In this document: positions 16,368 through 25,321 of the stretch, piece by piece
Numbering within the stretch: the first letter of the stretch is position 1
Layout: the number at the start of each line of letters is the position of its first letter
NCBI GenBank assembly: GCA_004297845.1
Contig: SCSP01000278.1
Location: forward strand, 1 to 44,952
Reading direction: 5' to 3'
Length of the DNA stretch: 44,952 bases
From: Bacteroidota bacterium
Lineage (GTDB): Bacteria > Bacteroidota > Bacteroidia > Palsa-948
Notes under the pieces: model-generated
The model's input: only the letters and a program-made list of their open reading frames with translations
What the model was told of the DNA's origin: nothing
Databases searched by the model: none
Made by a program: the position numbers and the translations under genes

Positions 16368-17765
16368 ATGAATTTTGAAGTTACCGAAGAATTTCTCGAC
16401 AAAGTTTCAGCTGCTGTCAGATCCAACGACATAAAGTGGCTCGATAAGCAATTGAAGAAATTGCATTCGGCTGATATTGCTGAAATCCTCAATGAGATAG
16501 ATCTGGATGAGGGTAAAAAATTATTTTACTTTTTGGATGATAAACTTGCTGCTGATGCCCTTATTGAAATGGAAGAAGACAGGCGAGAGCGTTTTTTGGC
16601 TCTCCTTACTTCCGAACAGATTGCTGACCAGATTGATCATCTTCCTTCAGACGAAGCAGCTGACGTTATAGCGGAACTTCCGGACAAGGTACAGGATGAA
16701 GTATTGCGCGAGTTAGAAAAGGACGATGCCGGCCAGGCAAGTGATATTGTGGACCTGCTGAAATACGATGAGAATACTGCAGGAGGCTTGATGCAGAAAG
16801 AGCTTGTAAAGGTGCGGGCGGATAAGAATATGATTGATTGCGTGCGTGAACTCCGGAAGCATGCCGATCATATTGAGGATGTTTTCGCAATTTATGTCGT
16901 AGATGACGCTGAAAGATTAGTGGGAGTTATTCCACTTAAAAAAATTCTTACAAACTCCCTCAAAGCAAAAATTTCGGACGTGTACGCTCCTGAAGTTTTT
17001 TCGGTAAAAACAAGTATGGATGCTGAGGAGGTTGCTAAGGTGATGGAAAAGTACAACCTGGTTTTTATGCCGGTGGTGGACGGACTCGGTAAACTAGTTG
17101 GGCGCATCACCATTGACGATATAGTGGATGTAATTCGTAAGGAGGAAACCGAAGATGTGCATAAAATGGCTGCGGTGCAGGTGCTGGACGAATCGTACAT
17201 GAGCAGTTCTGTTTGGGAGGTCATCAAGAAACGATCCGGATGGCTGATGATACTTTTTGTTGGAGAAAGTTTTACCGCAACTGCCATGAGTTTTTTTGAA
17301 GATCAGATCGCTAGAGCGGTTGTGCTTGCCTTGTTTGTTCCGCTCATTATTTCAAGTGGAGGCAACACGGGTTCCCAGGCAAGCACGCTCATTATCCGTT
17401 CGCTTGCACTGGGAGAAGTAACCGTGCGCGACTGGTGGAAAATATTCAGCAAGGAGATAAAAGTAGGAATCGTGCTGGGGCTCATTCTCGGCATATTTGG
17501 TTTTCTGCGTGTTGCCGTATGGAATTCCTTTCTACACGTGTATGGAGAACACTGGATCTTGGTTGCAGTTACCGTAGGGTTATCTTTGATCGGGGTGGTG
17601 CTTTGGGGAAACCTGATGGGCACCCTTTTCCCTTTCATCCTCAAACGTTTAGGTCTCGACCCTGCCGTTTCTTCTGCACCTTTTGTAGCAACCATGGTGG
17701 ATATTACAGGACTGCTTATCTACTTCACCATTGCTTCGCTGCTGCTTACCGGAGTGCTTCTTTAA
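16368..17765 (+). CDS. mgtE: Magnesium transporter MgtE
   Basis: MgtE N-domain, tandem CBS region, and a membrane domain with GGNTGSQAS and PFVATMVDITGLLIYF. Confidence 0.95.
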   Translation: MNFEVTEEFLDKVSAAVRSNDIKWLDKQLKKLHSADIAEILNEIDLDEGKKLFYFLDDKLAADALIEMEEDRRERFLALLTSEQIADQIDHLPSDEAADVIAELPDKVQDEVLRELEKDDAGQASDIVDLLKYDENTAGGLMQKELVKVRADKNMIDCVRELRKHADHIEDVFAIYVVDDAERLVGVIPLKKILTNSLKAKISDVYAPEVFSVKTSMDAEEVAKVMEKYNLVFMPVVDGLGKLVGRITIDDIVDVIRKEETEDVHKMAAVQVLDESYMSSSVWEVIKKRSGWLMILFVGESFTATAMSFFEDQIARAVVLALFVPLIISSGGNTGSQASTLIIRSLALGEVTVRDWWKIFSKEIKVGIVLGLILGIFGFLRVAVWNSFLHVYGEHWILVAVTVGLSLIGVVLWGNLMGTLFPFILKRLGLDPAVSSAPFVATMVDITGLLIYFTIASLLLTGVLL

Positions 17766-17776
17766 AGCGGATACCA

Positions 17777-18766
17777 ATGAAAATACTTTTTCTCGATTCT
17801 GCACACCCTTCCCTGAGAAAAGAACTGGAGAAGAATAATTTCATTTGCGAAGAGGATTTCATTTCTTCCAAAGAGGACATTAAAAAAAATCTTGCCAACT
17901 ATGATGGAATTATACTCCGAAGCCGTATTAATATAGATAAGCCCTTCATCGATTGTTTTCTTCTTTCAAGGCCGGGGCGGATGCCATTCATCGCCCGCGT
18001 TGGTGCCGGCATGGAGCATATTGATGTTGCTTATGCGGAAAGCAAAGGAATAAAATGCCTTTCTTCTCCTGAAGGAAACCGCAATGCTGTTGCCGAGCAT
18101 GCACTCGGTATGTTATTGAACCTCTTGAATAATATTTCCAAAGCCAATGCTGAAGTGAAAGCGGGGAAATGGCTGCGTGAACCCAACCGCGGAACTGAGT
18201 TGGAAGGAAAGACCATCGCTATTTATGGTTATGGGAATACGGGCTCTGCTTTTGCGAACGTGCTGAGAGGATTTGACGTTAATATCCTCGCATATGATAA
18301 GTACCGGGCTGTCTTGCCTCCCTTGGGAGGGGGTGTAGGGGGAGGACTTCAGGAATCCACTCCCGAAGAAATCTTTGTCCAAACCGACATCCTCAGCCTG
18401 CACCTGCCTTTGACCGAGGAAACAAAATACCTCGTTAACGATTCCTTCCTCAGTAAATTCAAAAAGAACATTTACCTCATCAACACCTCCCGCGGTCCGA
18501 TTGTAAAAACCGATGACCTGGTTAAAAACCTCCAGAGCGGAAAAGTGCTGGGCGCGTGTCTGGATGTTATCGAATATGAAGAAACATCCTTTGAGGCTGT
18601 TAAACCCGGAACATTAAACCTTGAACCCGGAACTCAAAATGATTGGGTTTTTTTATCGGATAGTAAAAATGTTATTTTGACTCCGCACATTGCCGGATGG
18701 AGCTTTGAAAGCAGCAAAAAGATGGGGAGGATATTGGCGGAGAAAATAATTGCTTTGAAAAAATAG
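17777..18766 (+). CDS. D-isomer-specific 2-hydroxyacid dehydrogenase (PGDH-like)
   Basis: The track ORF 17435-18766 overlaps mgtE. The realistic start is MKILFLDSA at 17777. NAD fold GKTIAIYGYGNTGSAF, catalytic-region TPHIAGWS. Confidence 0.85.
   Translation: MKILFLDSAHPSLRKELEKNNFICEEDFISSKEDIKKNLANYDGIILRSRINIDKPFIDCFLLSRPGRMPFIARVGAGMEHIDVAYAESKGIKCLSSPEGNRNAVAEHALGMLLNLLNNISKANAEVKAGKWLREPNRGTELEGKTIAIYGYGNTGSAFANVLRGFDVNILAYDKYRAVLPPLGGGVGGGLQESTPEEIFVQTDILSLHLPLTEETKYLVNDSFLSKFKKNIYLINTSRGPIVKTDDLVKNLQSGKVLGACLDVIEYEETSFEAVKPGTLNLEPGTQNDWVFLSDSKNVILTPHIAGWSFESSKKMGRILAEKIIALKK
18317..18345 (+). repeat. GC-rich palindromic element copy inside the dehydrogenase CDS
   Basis: CCTCCC-TTG-GGAGGG hairpin plus a GGTGTAGGGGGAGG tail, read in-frame as PPLGGGVGGG. 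Confidence 0.7.
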
Positions 18767-18790
18767 TAACTTCGTAAGACGAAATTTACC

Positions 18791-19141
18791 ATGTTTCAAA
18801 TAATAACAATAACTGATTCTGTCGCCTTATCGGAATTAAGATTGATGGCCGAAAATCAGTTTGGTTCTCTGATTAAAGGTGTAGTGGATATTGAAAAATG
18901 CATAATGGCTGTTGGAGGAGAAATGCATGCGGATGAAGAAGCGCACCTAATTGATGAAGGCAGCAGCCAGGAAAATCTTTGGGGCATAAATATTCACCCG
19001 GAAAAGGAAATGCCGGAAAGGATCGAGTTTGACTCCATGATTAACATACGTCCTTATCTGGGTAACCGCTCCCGTAGCGTTGAAAACCACGGTACTCAAA
19101 AGCGGATACTTGAAATTGTATCAAATCTTATTAAAGAATAG
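18791..19141 (+). CDS. DUF5674-like small protein
   Basis: 116 aa. VVDIEKCIMAVGGEMHADEE...ENLWGINIHPEK...FDSMINIRPYLGNRSR resembles the DUF5674 family as I recall it. Confidence 0.55.
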   Translation: MFQIITITDSVALSELRLMAENQFGSLIKGVVDIEKCIMAVGGEMHADEEAHLIDEGSSQENLWGINIHPEKEMPERIEFDSMINIRPYLGNRSRSVENHGTQKRILEIVSNLIKE

Positions 19142-19145
19142 AACA

Positions 19146-19487
19146 ATGGCATTTCAGCATTCGAATATGGCAGCGGGCAAATGGTTTGGCTATACACTCT
19201 GCCAGCAGATGGGGAATATTGGCAGCGAAGTTGGAAGAGCGGCCCGATGGCAGGGTAAGGACATGAAACTTTTTGAAGGGGCGGTTTTTCGTGCCATTGA
19301 ATTACTTGATCTTACTTTAACAGACCCCCGCTGGAAAAACCGTTTCCGCGAGATTGCCCGGGCAAAGGAAACAGTATGTGATGCATTTACCGGAGGTAAG
19401 GAGTATAATTCTACTTTTCCTGAACTTGAAAGATATTTTTATCATTTTGCCTATGCGGCCCGGAATTCCGTGGGGCGCAAAGGCTGA
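19146..19487 (+). CDS. Hypothetical small helical protein
   Basis: The track ORF starts at 19080 and overlaps the previous gene. The likely start is MAFQHSN at 19146, 4 nt after the upstream stop. No family recognised. Confidence 0.5.
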   Translation: MAFQHSNMAAGKWFGYTLCQQMGNIGSEVGRAARWQGKDMKLFEGAVFRAIELLDLTLTDPRWKNRFREIARAKETVCDAFTGGKEYNSTFPELERYFYHFAYAARNSVGRKG

Positions 19488-19545
19488 TCGCCTTCAAATA
19501 GCAGTGCAATTGCCAGGAATAATTAGATCTCTAAAAATGAGCTAA

Positions 19546-20824
19546 GTATCTGTAACGAAATAAGGTTTACAAAATTGGCTTTATTGTATAGTTCCATTCT
19601 CCATGAAATTCACTTTTTATAATATTAATTTTTCTTAGTTTTTCATCTGAGACCTTTACTCCTTTCTCGTACACTCCTTTATCCAATTTTGATTTTACTT
19701 TTAATCCTTTACTTGTTTTAGTTGCTGCAATTAAATCCACTACCAATTGAATATTGGTTAAGGGTTTCGCCCTCCAATTCATTGTAATGTGTGAAAATAA
19801 TCGATGCTCTATTTTATTCCATTTGCTTGTACCCGGTGGAAAATGACTTACTGTTATTTCTTTACCTATTTCATCTGCTAATACCTGTAACTCTATTTTC
19901 CACAATCTACTCCTCGAACTGTTACTTCCTCCGCCATCCGCTGTAATAAATAGTCGTTTCGATTCGCTGAATTTTTCTTTCCCCATTTCTTCCCACCAAT
20001 TTCTTATTGTTGATACCGCAAAACTGGCTGTATCATGGCTGATGCCAACACTTACCCAGCCTTCATTATTAGCCACATCATAAACACCGTAAGGAATTGC
20101 TTTGCCTAGATTTTTATCTATAAAGTCGTACACCTTTACCGTTGTTGGCTTTCCTTTTGAATGCCATTCTTTGCCCGCGTTCTTGAAGTTTCCAATCAAT
20201 TCTTTTTTCTTGCAATCAACCGATATTACAGGGTCGCTATTACCTAAAAAACCTTTTGCTAATTCATTAATGTAATTAAATTGTGTGTCTCTATCAATGT
20301 GCTTGCCGCCTTCATGTGTTTTCCGATTCCCTTGTAAGCTATAGCCACTATTTTTTAAAATAACACCTGCTAATTTGTGACTTATGTTGTATCCCATATT
20401 TTTGGCCGCATCAGCTATATTGCGCAAACTTTTATTTGTCCAAAGCAACGGCTTCATTGGGTCGCCCATTGTATGTGGACTAACTATTTCTTCTATTACT
20501 TTTTCTAAATTGGTATTTTTTTCCGTTTCTTTCTTTCGTCCGCCCCCTTCTTTTCTTATCCGTTCATTGGTTGTATCTTTTTTTACAGGAACTGAAGCCA
20601 ACTCTCTAATCCCAATATTTAAAGTCACCCTTGAAACTCCCGAGAGTTTCGACACTTTACTTAGTCCACCCCTTCCCATACTTTCTGCATCTGCAGCCAA
20701 TACTATTCTGGTTTGTCTCTCATTTAAATGGGGAAGTATTTTTTTATACTTCTTTCGGATAAGGATATCTGTTTGCATACATTTTGTGTTTTCACAAATG
20801 TACATATTATTTCGTTACAGATAC
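19546..20824 (-). mobile_element. Intact IS element, ISAzo13 family
   Basis: Perfect 18-bp terminal inverted repeats GTATCTGTAACGAAATAA at 19546-19563 and 20807-20824. TAA flanks both ends (19543-19545 and 20825-20827). A single transposase ORF fills the element. Confidence 0.85.
19567..20805 (-). CDS. ISAzo13-family DDE transposase
   Basis: 412 aa with PVISVDCKKKELIGNFKNAGKEW, PYGVYDVANNEGWVSVGISHDTASFAV, ITADGGGSNSSRSRLWK, HFPPGTSKWNKIEHRLFSHI and FHGEWNYTIKP. Confidence 0.9.
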   Translation of the reverse strand: MYICENTKCMQTDILIRKKYKKILPHLNERQTRIVLAADAESMGRGGLSKVSKLSGVSRVTLNIGIRELASVPVKKDTTNERIRKEGGGRKKETEKNTNLEKVIEEIVSPHTMGDPMKPLLWTNKSLRNIADAAKNMGYNISHKLAGVILKNSGYSLQGNRKTHEGGKHIDRDTQFNYINELAKGFLGNSDPVISVDCKKKELIGNFKNAGKEWHSKGKPTTVKVYDFIDKNLGKAIPYGVYDVANNEGWVSVGISHDTASFAVSTIRNWWEEMGKEKFSESKRLFITADGGGSNSSRSRLWKIELQVLADEIGKEITVSHFPPGTSKWNKIEHRLFSHITMNWRAKPLTNIQLVVDLIAATKTSKGLKVKSKLDKGVYEKGVKVSDEKLRKINIIKSEFHGEWNYTIKPIL

Positions 20825-21177
20825 TAAGATTCAATTTTTCCTGATTTTAAACAAAGCGTGGACTGCCACTCGTGTGACAACAGCCCGCTCCGTGAGACCA
20901 ACACGCTGGTAGCCGGACATATCCCCGACCCTACAACCAACGGGCCCGACAGTCTCCCTTTAACCACTTTGTCACGGTTTTTGAGATCACACACTGCTTG
21001 CACATTGCCGTGCTCGTGTCTGCGCGCGGCAAAGATCAAGCGTGAGGCTCCATCAAAAAACCGCGCCCAAAAATCACCATGCTATCCGTTCTTAGCTATA
21101 TAATCCGTAATCATTTGTTTTCAACAATTAAAATTTTTGAAGGGATATTGTATAAATTAGCCCAAAATTCAATAATA

Positions 21178-22869
21178 ATGATAAAAGAACCTGTAAAAAA
21201 GAAAAAGAGGTACAAGGTTGCCTCAAAACCTTCGGTTGTAAAAGAATGTGAAGAAAACTATTTCTTAACCCCACCGAAGCATTTAAAAAGAGAAGAAACA
21301 TTCCTATCCATTAAGGAGGCCAGTGAATTTGCCAGTAATTATCTAAAAAGAAATGTTACCACCTCAAATATTTCCTATCTCATTCAATATGGCAGAGTAA
21401 AAAAAATTGGCGACAATGGCTCTACACTCATTGATAAAAATGAATTACTCGAATATTATCAATCTTATAATGGCACAAGAGCGGTAGAATGGAAAGAAAA
21501 ATTAGGGAAGGATTTAAATTGGACTTTATCCTTTGACGAATATAAAGAAGCCGAAACTACCAAACATGTTCACCGACTCCACCCATATAAAGGAAAATTT
21601 ATTCCGCAACTAGTTGAATACTTTTTAGATGCCAAGACCGATAAATTCAAAAAGGAAGTTTATTTCAAAGAAGGTGAAATAGTTCTTGACCCATTTTGCG
21701 GAAGCGGAACAACTCTTGTTCAGGCAAGTGAATTAGGGATGCACGCAATCGGCATAGATGTTTCCACGTTCAATGCAATGATCAGCAATGTTAAGATTGG
21801 GAAATATGACATTGAAGACATAAAAAAGGAAGCCGACAAAATCTCATCCGCGCTCAATCAGTTTATTACCAATTCCAAAACAGTTGCATTTGAAACCCGA
21901 CTGCTTGAAGAGTTAAATAAATTCAATAATAAATATTTTCCTGTTCCTGAATATAAATACCAGTTAAAACAAGGTAAAATAAACGAAGATAAATTCGGAG
22001 CGGAAAAAGAAAAAGAATTCCTTCCAACATTTGACAAATTAGTTAAAGAATATAAAATTGAATTAAGGCAAAAGAAGTCTGATACATTTCTTGATAAATG
22101 GTATTTACAACATGTGCGAACAGAAATTGACTTTGTATACGATCTGATACGAAAAATAAAAAATGAAAACACGAAAAAGATTTTAAGCGTTGTACTCAGC
22201 CGAACAATCCGCTCCTGCCGTGCAACTACTCATGCAGATTTAGCAACCCTTTTCGAACCAATAACTTCCACATATTATTGCCAAAAACATGGCAAAATGT
22301 GCAAGCCATTATTTTCCATTCTTAAATGGTGGGACAGTTACAGCAAAGACACTCAGAAAAGATTAAAAGAATATAACGTATTGCGAAAAGAAACCCAGCA
22401 GGTTTGCCTTACAGGTGATTCGCGCTCGATAGACATTTTCAATGCATTGAAAGAGCAAAATCCTTCTTTCGCCCGGCTTGCAAAAGGATTAAAGATTAAA
22501 GGAATTTTTTCATCGCCACCCTATGTAGGCGTAATCGATTACCATGAACAACATGCTTACGCGTATGATTTGTTTGCCTTTGAAAGAAAAGATAGTCTTG
22601 AAATTGGTCCGCTTATTAAAGGTCAGGGGCGGGAAGCAAAAGAATCATACACAAAAGGAATTTCAGATGTATTAAACAATTGCAAAAAATTCTTTGTTCA
22701 AGATTACGATGTTTTTCTTGTCGCAAACGACAAATACAATATGTATCCAACCATTGCCGAACTTGCCGGCATGAAAATTGTTAATCAATATAAACGACCT
22801 GTATTAAACCGCACGGAGAAAGATAAAGGAGCCTATTCAGAAATCATTTTTCATTTGAAAGGGAAATAA
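21178..22869 (+). CDS. Type II DNA amino-methyltransferase (motif I upstream of SPPY)
   Basis: AdoMet motif LDPFCGSGTTLVQA and catalytic motif IFSSPPYVG about 280 aa downstream. The likely start is MIKEP at 21178; the track ORF begins at 21079. Confidence 0.82.
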   Translation: MIKEPVKKKKRYKVASKPSVVKECEENYFLTPPKHLKREETFLSIKEASEFASNYLKRNVTTSNISYLIQYGRVKKIGDNGSTLIDKNELLEYYQSYNGTRAVEWKEKLGKDLNWTLSFDEYKEAETTKHVHRLHPYKGKFIPQLVEYFLDAKTDKFKKEVYFKEGEIVLDPFCGSGTTLVQASELGMHAIGIDVSTFNAMISNVKIGKYDIEDIKKEADKISSALNQFITNSKTVAFETRLLEELNKFNNKYFPVPEYKYQLKQGKINEDKFGAEKEKEFLPTFDKLVKEYKIELRQKKSDTFLDKWYLQHVRTEIDFVYDLIRKIKNENTKKILSVVLSRTIRSCRATTHADLATLFEPITSTYYCQKHGKMCKPLFSILKWWDSYSKDTQKRLKEYNVLRKETQQVCLTGDSRSIDIFNALKEQNPSFARLAKGLKIKGIFSSPPYVGVIDYHEQHAYAYDLFAFERKDSLEIGPLIKGQGREAKESYTKGISDVLNNCKKFFVQDYDVFLVANDKYNMYPTIAELAGMKIVNQYKRPVLNRTEKDKGAYSEIIFHLKGK

Positions 22870-22871
22870 CG

Positions 22872-23061
22872 ATGAAAGAAATTACACTTTACGAAATCAC
22901 AACTGAGGATGTGATAACTGTTTCAGAAGAAATTAATATCCCCTTTACTAAAAAGGATTTACAATTTATTCAAGATAAAATCGGAGATTTTTTTAGGAGA
23001 CAAGTGGCAAGATGCTGTTGAATATGCTCTAGTAGAGTTAAATAATAACAAGAAATTATAA
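22872..23061 (+). pseudogene. Small ORF between methyltransferase and endonuclease, split at a T7 run
   Basis: Frame 0 (22872-23021) encodes 49 aa. After the T7 run at 22988-22994 the +1 frame continues as LGDKWQDAVEYALVELNNNKKL. That frame ends in a TAATG overlap with the next gene's ATG at 23061. Confidence 0.4.
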
Positions 23062-23837
23062 TGGCTCTTACAAAACTCGAAGTCCAATCCATAGAAGAAG
23101 TCCTCAAAAACTGCTTGCGTAATAAATTTCAAAATTATAAGCCAGAACCCGCATCCATGCCTTTTCATACACGTTTACTCGGCACAGACAGGTTAGCATT
23201 GTTTTCCTTTATTCATTCGCTCAACACAAATTTCGGCACTACAATTTTTGAACCCGTTGCGAAAACATTAGCAGCAAAAAACTTTAAAGCAGTTCATTCA
23301 CAGGCACAAGCAGGAGATCAAATCAGCGAAGCAGCACATAAAGTAATTCAAGGAATAATGGACAATCTGACTACTGCAGGCGCTGCTCCAAATAAAGCGC
23401 AAGAAATAGAAGCAATCCGTAAGGTTTGCCAAAAAGGGAAAATGAAAAAGATAAAACCGACATTAGTTGATGTGTGGGTAGAAAGTAAATCCGGTGAATT
23501 ATTCTTGTTTGATATTAAAACTGCAAAACCAAATGCTGGTGGCTTTAAAGAATTTAAAAGAACATTATTAGAATGGGTTGCAGTAGTCCTATCTGAAAAT
23601 CCTAAAACAAAAATTAACACAATAATCGCCATCCCTTACAATCCTTATGAGCCAAAGTCTTATTCCCGCTGGACAATGCGCGGAATGTTGGATTTGGACA
23701 ATGAATTAAAAGTGGCAGAAGAATTTTGGGACTTCCTCGGAGGAAAAGGCACTTACATAGAATTACTCGGTTGTTTTGAAAGAGTAGGAATAGAATTAAG
23801 GCCGGAAATAGATAAATATTTTTCAAGATTTAAATAA
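23061..23837 (+). CDS. Probable type II restriction endonuclease (possibly TdeIII-like)
   Basis: 258 aa, translationally coupled downstream of the MTase module. PD-(D/E)xK-like DVWVES...LFLFDIKTAKPN. The MPFHTRLLG...FSFIHSLNTNFGTTIFEPV block resembles TdeIII-family sequences from memory. Confidence 0.5.
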   Translation: MALTKLEVQSIEEVLKNCLRNKFQNYKPEPASMPFHTRLLGTDRLALFSFIHSLNTNFGTTIFEPVAKTLAAKNFKAVHSQAQAGDQISEAAHKVIQGIMDNLTTAGAAPNKAQEIEAIRKVCQKGKMKKIKPTLVDVWVESKSGELFLFDIKTAKPNAGGFKEFKRTLLEWVAVVLSENPKTKINTIIAIPYNPYEPKSYSRWTMRGMLDLDNELKVAEEFWDFLGGKGTYIELLGCFERVGIELRPEIDKYFSRFK

Positions 23838-23974
23838 TTCCTTTGCATAAGCTAATGTATTTTACAGATGCGGACATGCAGGAAATGCATGTTCTCCTCA
23901 AAGACAAGGAGATAAGTTGGCAGGCAATGAAAGAGGTGATCTGAAAGGCGGTTAAAAGTGCAACCTGATTCCCC

Positions 23975-25267
23975 TCATCTCAGGATTAATAGTCTGTTCG
24001 AATCTAATTTAATAAATATAAACAGCAGGATTGTAAACGCCCATAGCGAAGATCCTCCGTAACTGAAAAATGGCAGAGGGATTCCGATAACAGGAGCAAG
24101 GCCGATGGTCATTCCCACATTTACTGTTACGTGAAAAAATAAAATGGAAGCAACTCCATATCCGTAGATACGGCTGAAGGAGGATCGCTGTCGTTCGGCA
24201 ATAAATAGTATTCGTAAAATAAGCGCGAGGAATAAAAATAAAATAAATGCGCTTCCGAGAAACCCCCATTCTTCACCCACTGTGCAGAAAATAAAATCGG
24301 TGCTTTGTTCCGGAACAAAATTATATTTCGTTTGTGTTCCCTGTAAAAATCCTTTTCCTGAAAAGCCTCCCGATCCGATTGCGATCAGGCTTTGATTTAC
24401 GTTGTAGCCGGCTTTCTTTTTCATGTCCTTGCTTACTTCTTTTCCAAGGAAAACATTGATGCGTGTTTTCTGGTGCGGTTTCATCTTGCTGAAAGCCCTA
24501 TCAACGCCCAATACTGCTCCGGAAGCAATGATCAACAAGGCAAAAACAGCCCATATTACCCTTTTGGCTTTTTTACGGTTCCGGCTGCTTACCCATATCG
24601 CAAATGAAATGACTGCAGCTATTAAAGCTAACAGGATAACGAGCACAGTTTTATTTACCAGCAAGGCGGAGAGGAGGAGCAGCGTAGTGAAAAATCCACC
24701 GAGCAGGATATTCCCGGAAAATCCTTCCCGGAACAGAACGAATATGAATGTGGTGTACACCAGTGCTGTTCCGGCTTCTTTCTGAAGGACGATAAGCAAC
24801 GCAGGAAATAGAACGATGGAGAAAGCAATCACCTTGGTCTGGAAATGTTCCACGCGGGTGTTCATCGCGCTCATGTATTTTGCCAGCGCCAGACAAACGG
24901 CAAACTTTCCGAATTCGGCAGGCTGGAGGCCAAAATCCCCGAAGCGAAACCAGGACTTACTTCCTGAAACCTCGGTTCCGAAAAAGATGACGGCAATGAG
25001 TGACAGAACACTGGCAATGTAAATAGGGTAAGGAAAGGCGGTAAAAAAATTAGCGTCAAAGATCAGAACAACGATGGCGATGATCAGCGCTCCTGCGATC
25101 CACATCATTTGCTTTCCATACTTCTGGGAGATATCCAGAATGTTGTTGTGATCATCGTTATAAACGGCTGCATAAATATTCAACCAGCCCAGCAGCACAA
25201 GCAGCAGGAATAATCCTGTTATGATCCAGTCAATGTTCTGAAAGATATTTTTTTGCTCTCTGGACAT
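23975..25267 (-). CDS. rodA: Rod shape-determining SEDS protein RodA
   Basis: 430-aa polytopic FtsW/RodA/SpoVE-type protein (PEQSTDFIF, GLAPVIGIPLPFFSYGGSS), directly downstream of PBP2. Confidence 0.9.
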   Translation of the reverse strand: MSREQKNIFQNIDWIITGLFLLLVLLGWLNIYAAVYNDDHNNILDISQKYGKQMMWIAGALIIAIVVLIFDANFFTAFPYPIYIASVLSLIAVIFFGTEVSGSKSWFRFGDFGLQPAEFGKFAVCLALAKYMSAMNTRVEHFQTKVIAFSIVLFPALLIVLQKEAGTALVYTTFIFVLFREGFSGNILLGGFFTTLLLLSALLVNKTVLVILLALIAAVISFAIWVSSRNRKKAKRVIWAVFALLIIASGAVLGVDRAFSKMKPHQKTRINVFLGKEVSKDMKKKAGYNVNQSLIAIGSGGFSGKGFLQGTQTKYNFVPEQSTDFIFCTVGEEWGFLGSAFILFLFLALILRILFIAERQRSSFSRIYGYGVASILFFHVTVNVGMTIGLAPVIGIPLPFFSYGGSSLWAFTILLFIFIKLDSNRLLILR

Positions 25268-25321
25268 ACGATACAGATAATGCTAATAGTATCAATGAAA
25301 CAAATAATACGAATGATACCA

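Noticed and set aside
17435-17776. N-terminal 114-codon extension of the dehydrogenase ORF overlapping mgtE
   Set aside because: The extension lies in an alternative frame of the mgtE membrane domain and has implausible composition. The conserved dehydrogenase N-terminus (MKILFLDSA) starts at 17777.
18771-18788. Small hairpin (TTCGT-aag-ACGAA) after the dehydrogenase stop as a terminator
   Set aside because: The stem is only 5 bp with a weak T-tract, and the next gene starts 3 nt later. This is insufficient evidence.
20384-20827. 147-aa plus-strand ORF inside the IS
   Set aside because: It is antisense to the intact ISAzo13 transposase and runs through the terminal inverted repeat. It is a shadow ORF.
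20858-21103. 81-aa plus-strand and 71-aa minus-strand ORFs in the GC-rich segment as real genes
   Set aside because: Neither has a plausible start context or a recognisable family. The plus-frame product is Cys/Pro/Ser/Thr-rich and not protein-like. The region is kept only as an unexplained segment in the findings.
23855-23944. 29-aa ORF (MYFTDADMQEMHVLLKDKEISWQAMKEVI) after the endonuclease gene
   Set aside because: It is too short, has no motif or coupling signal, and cannot be distinguished from chance.
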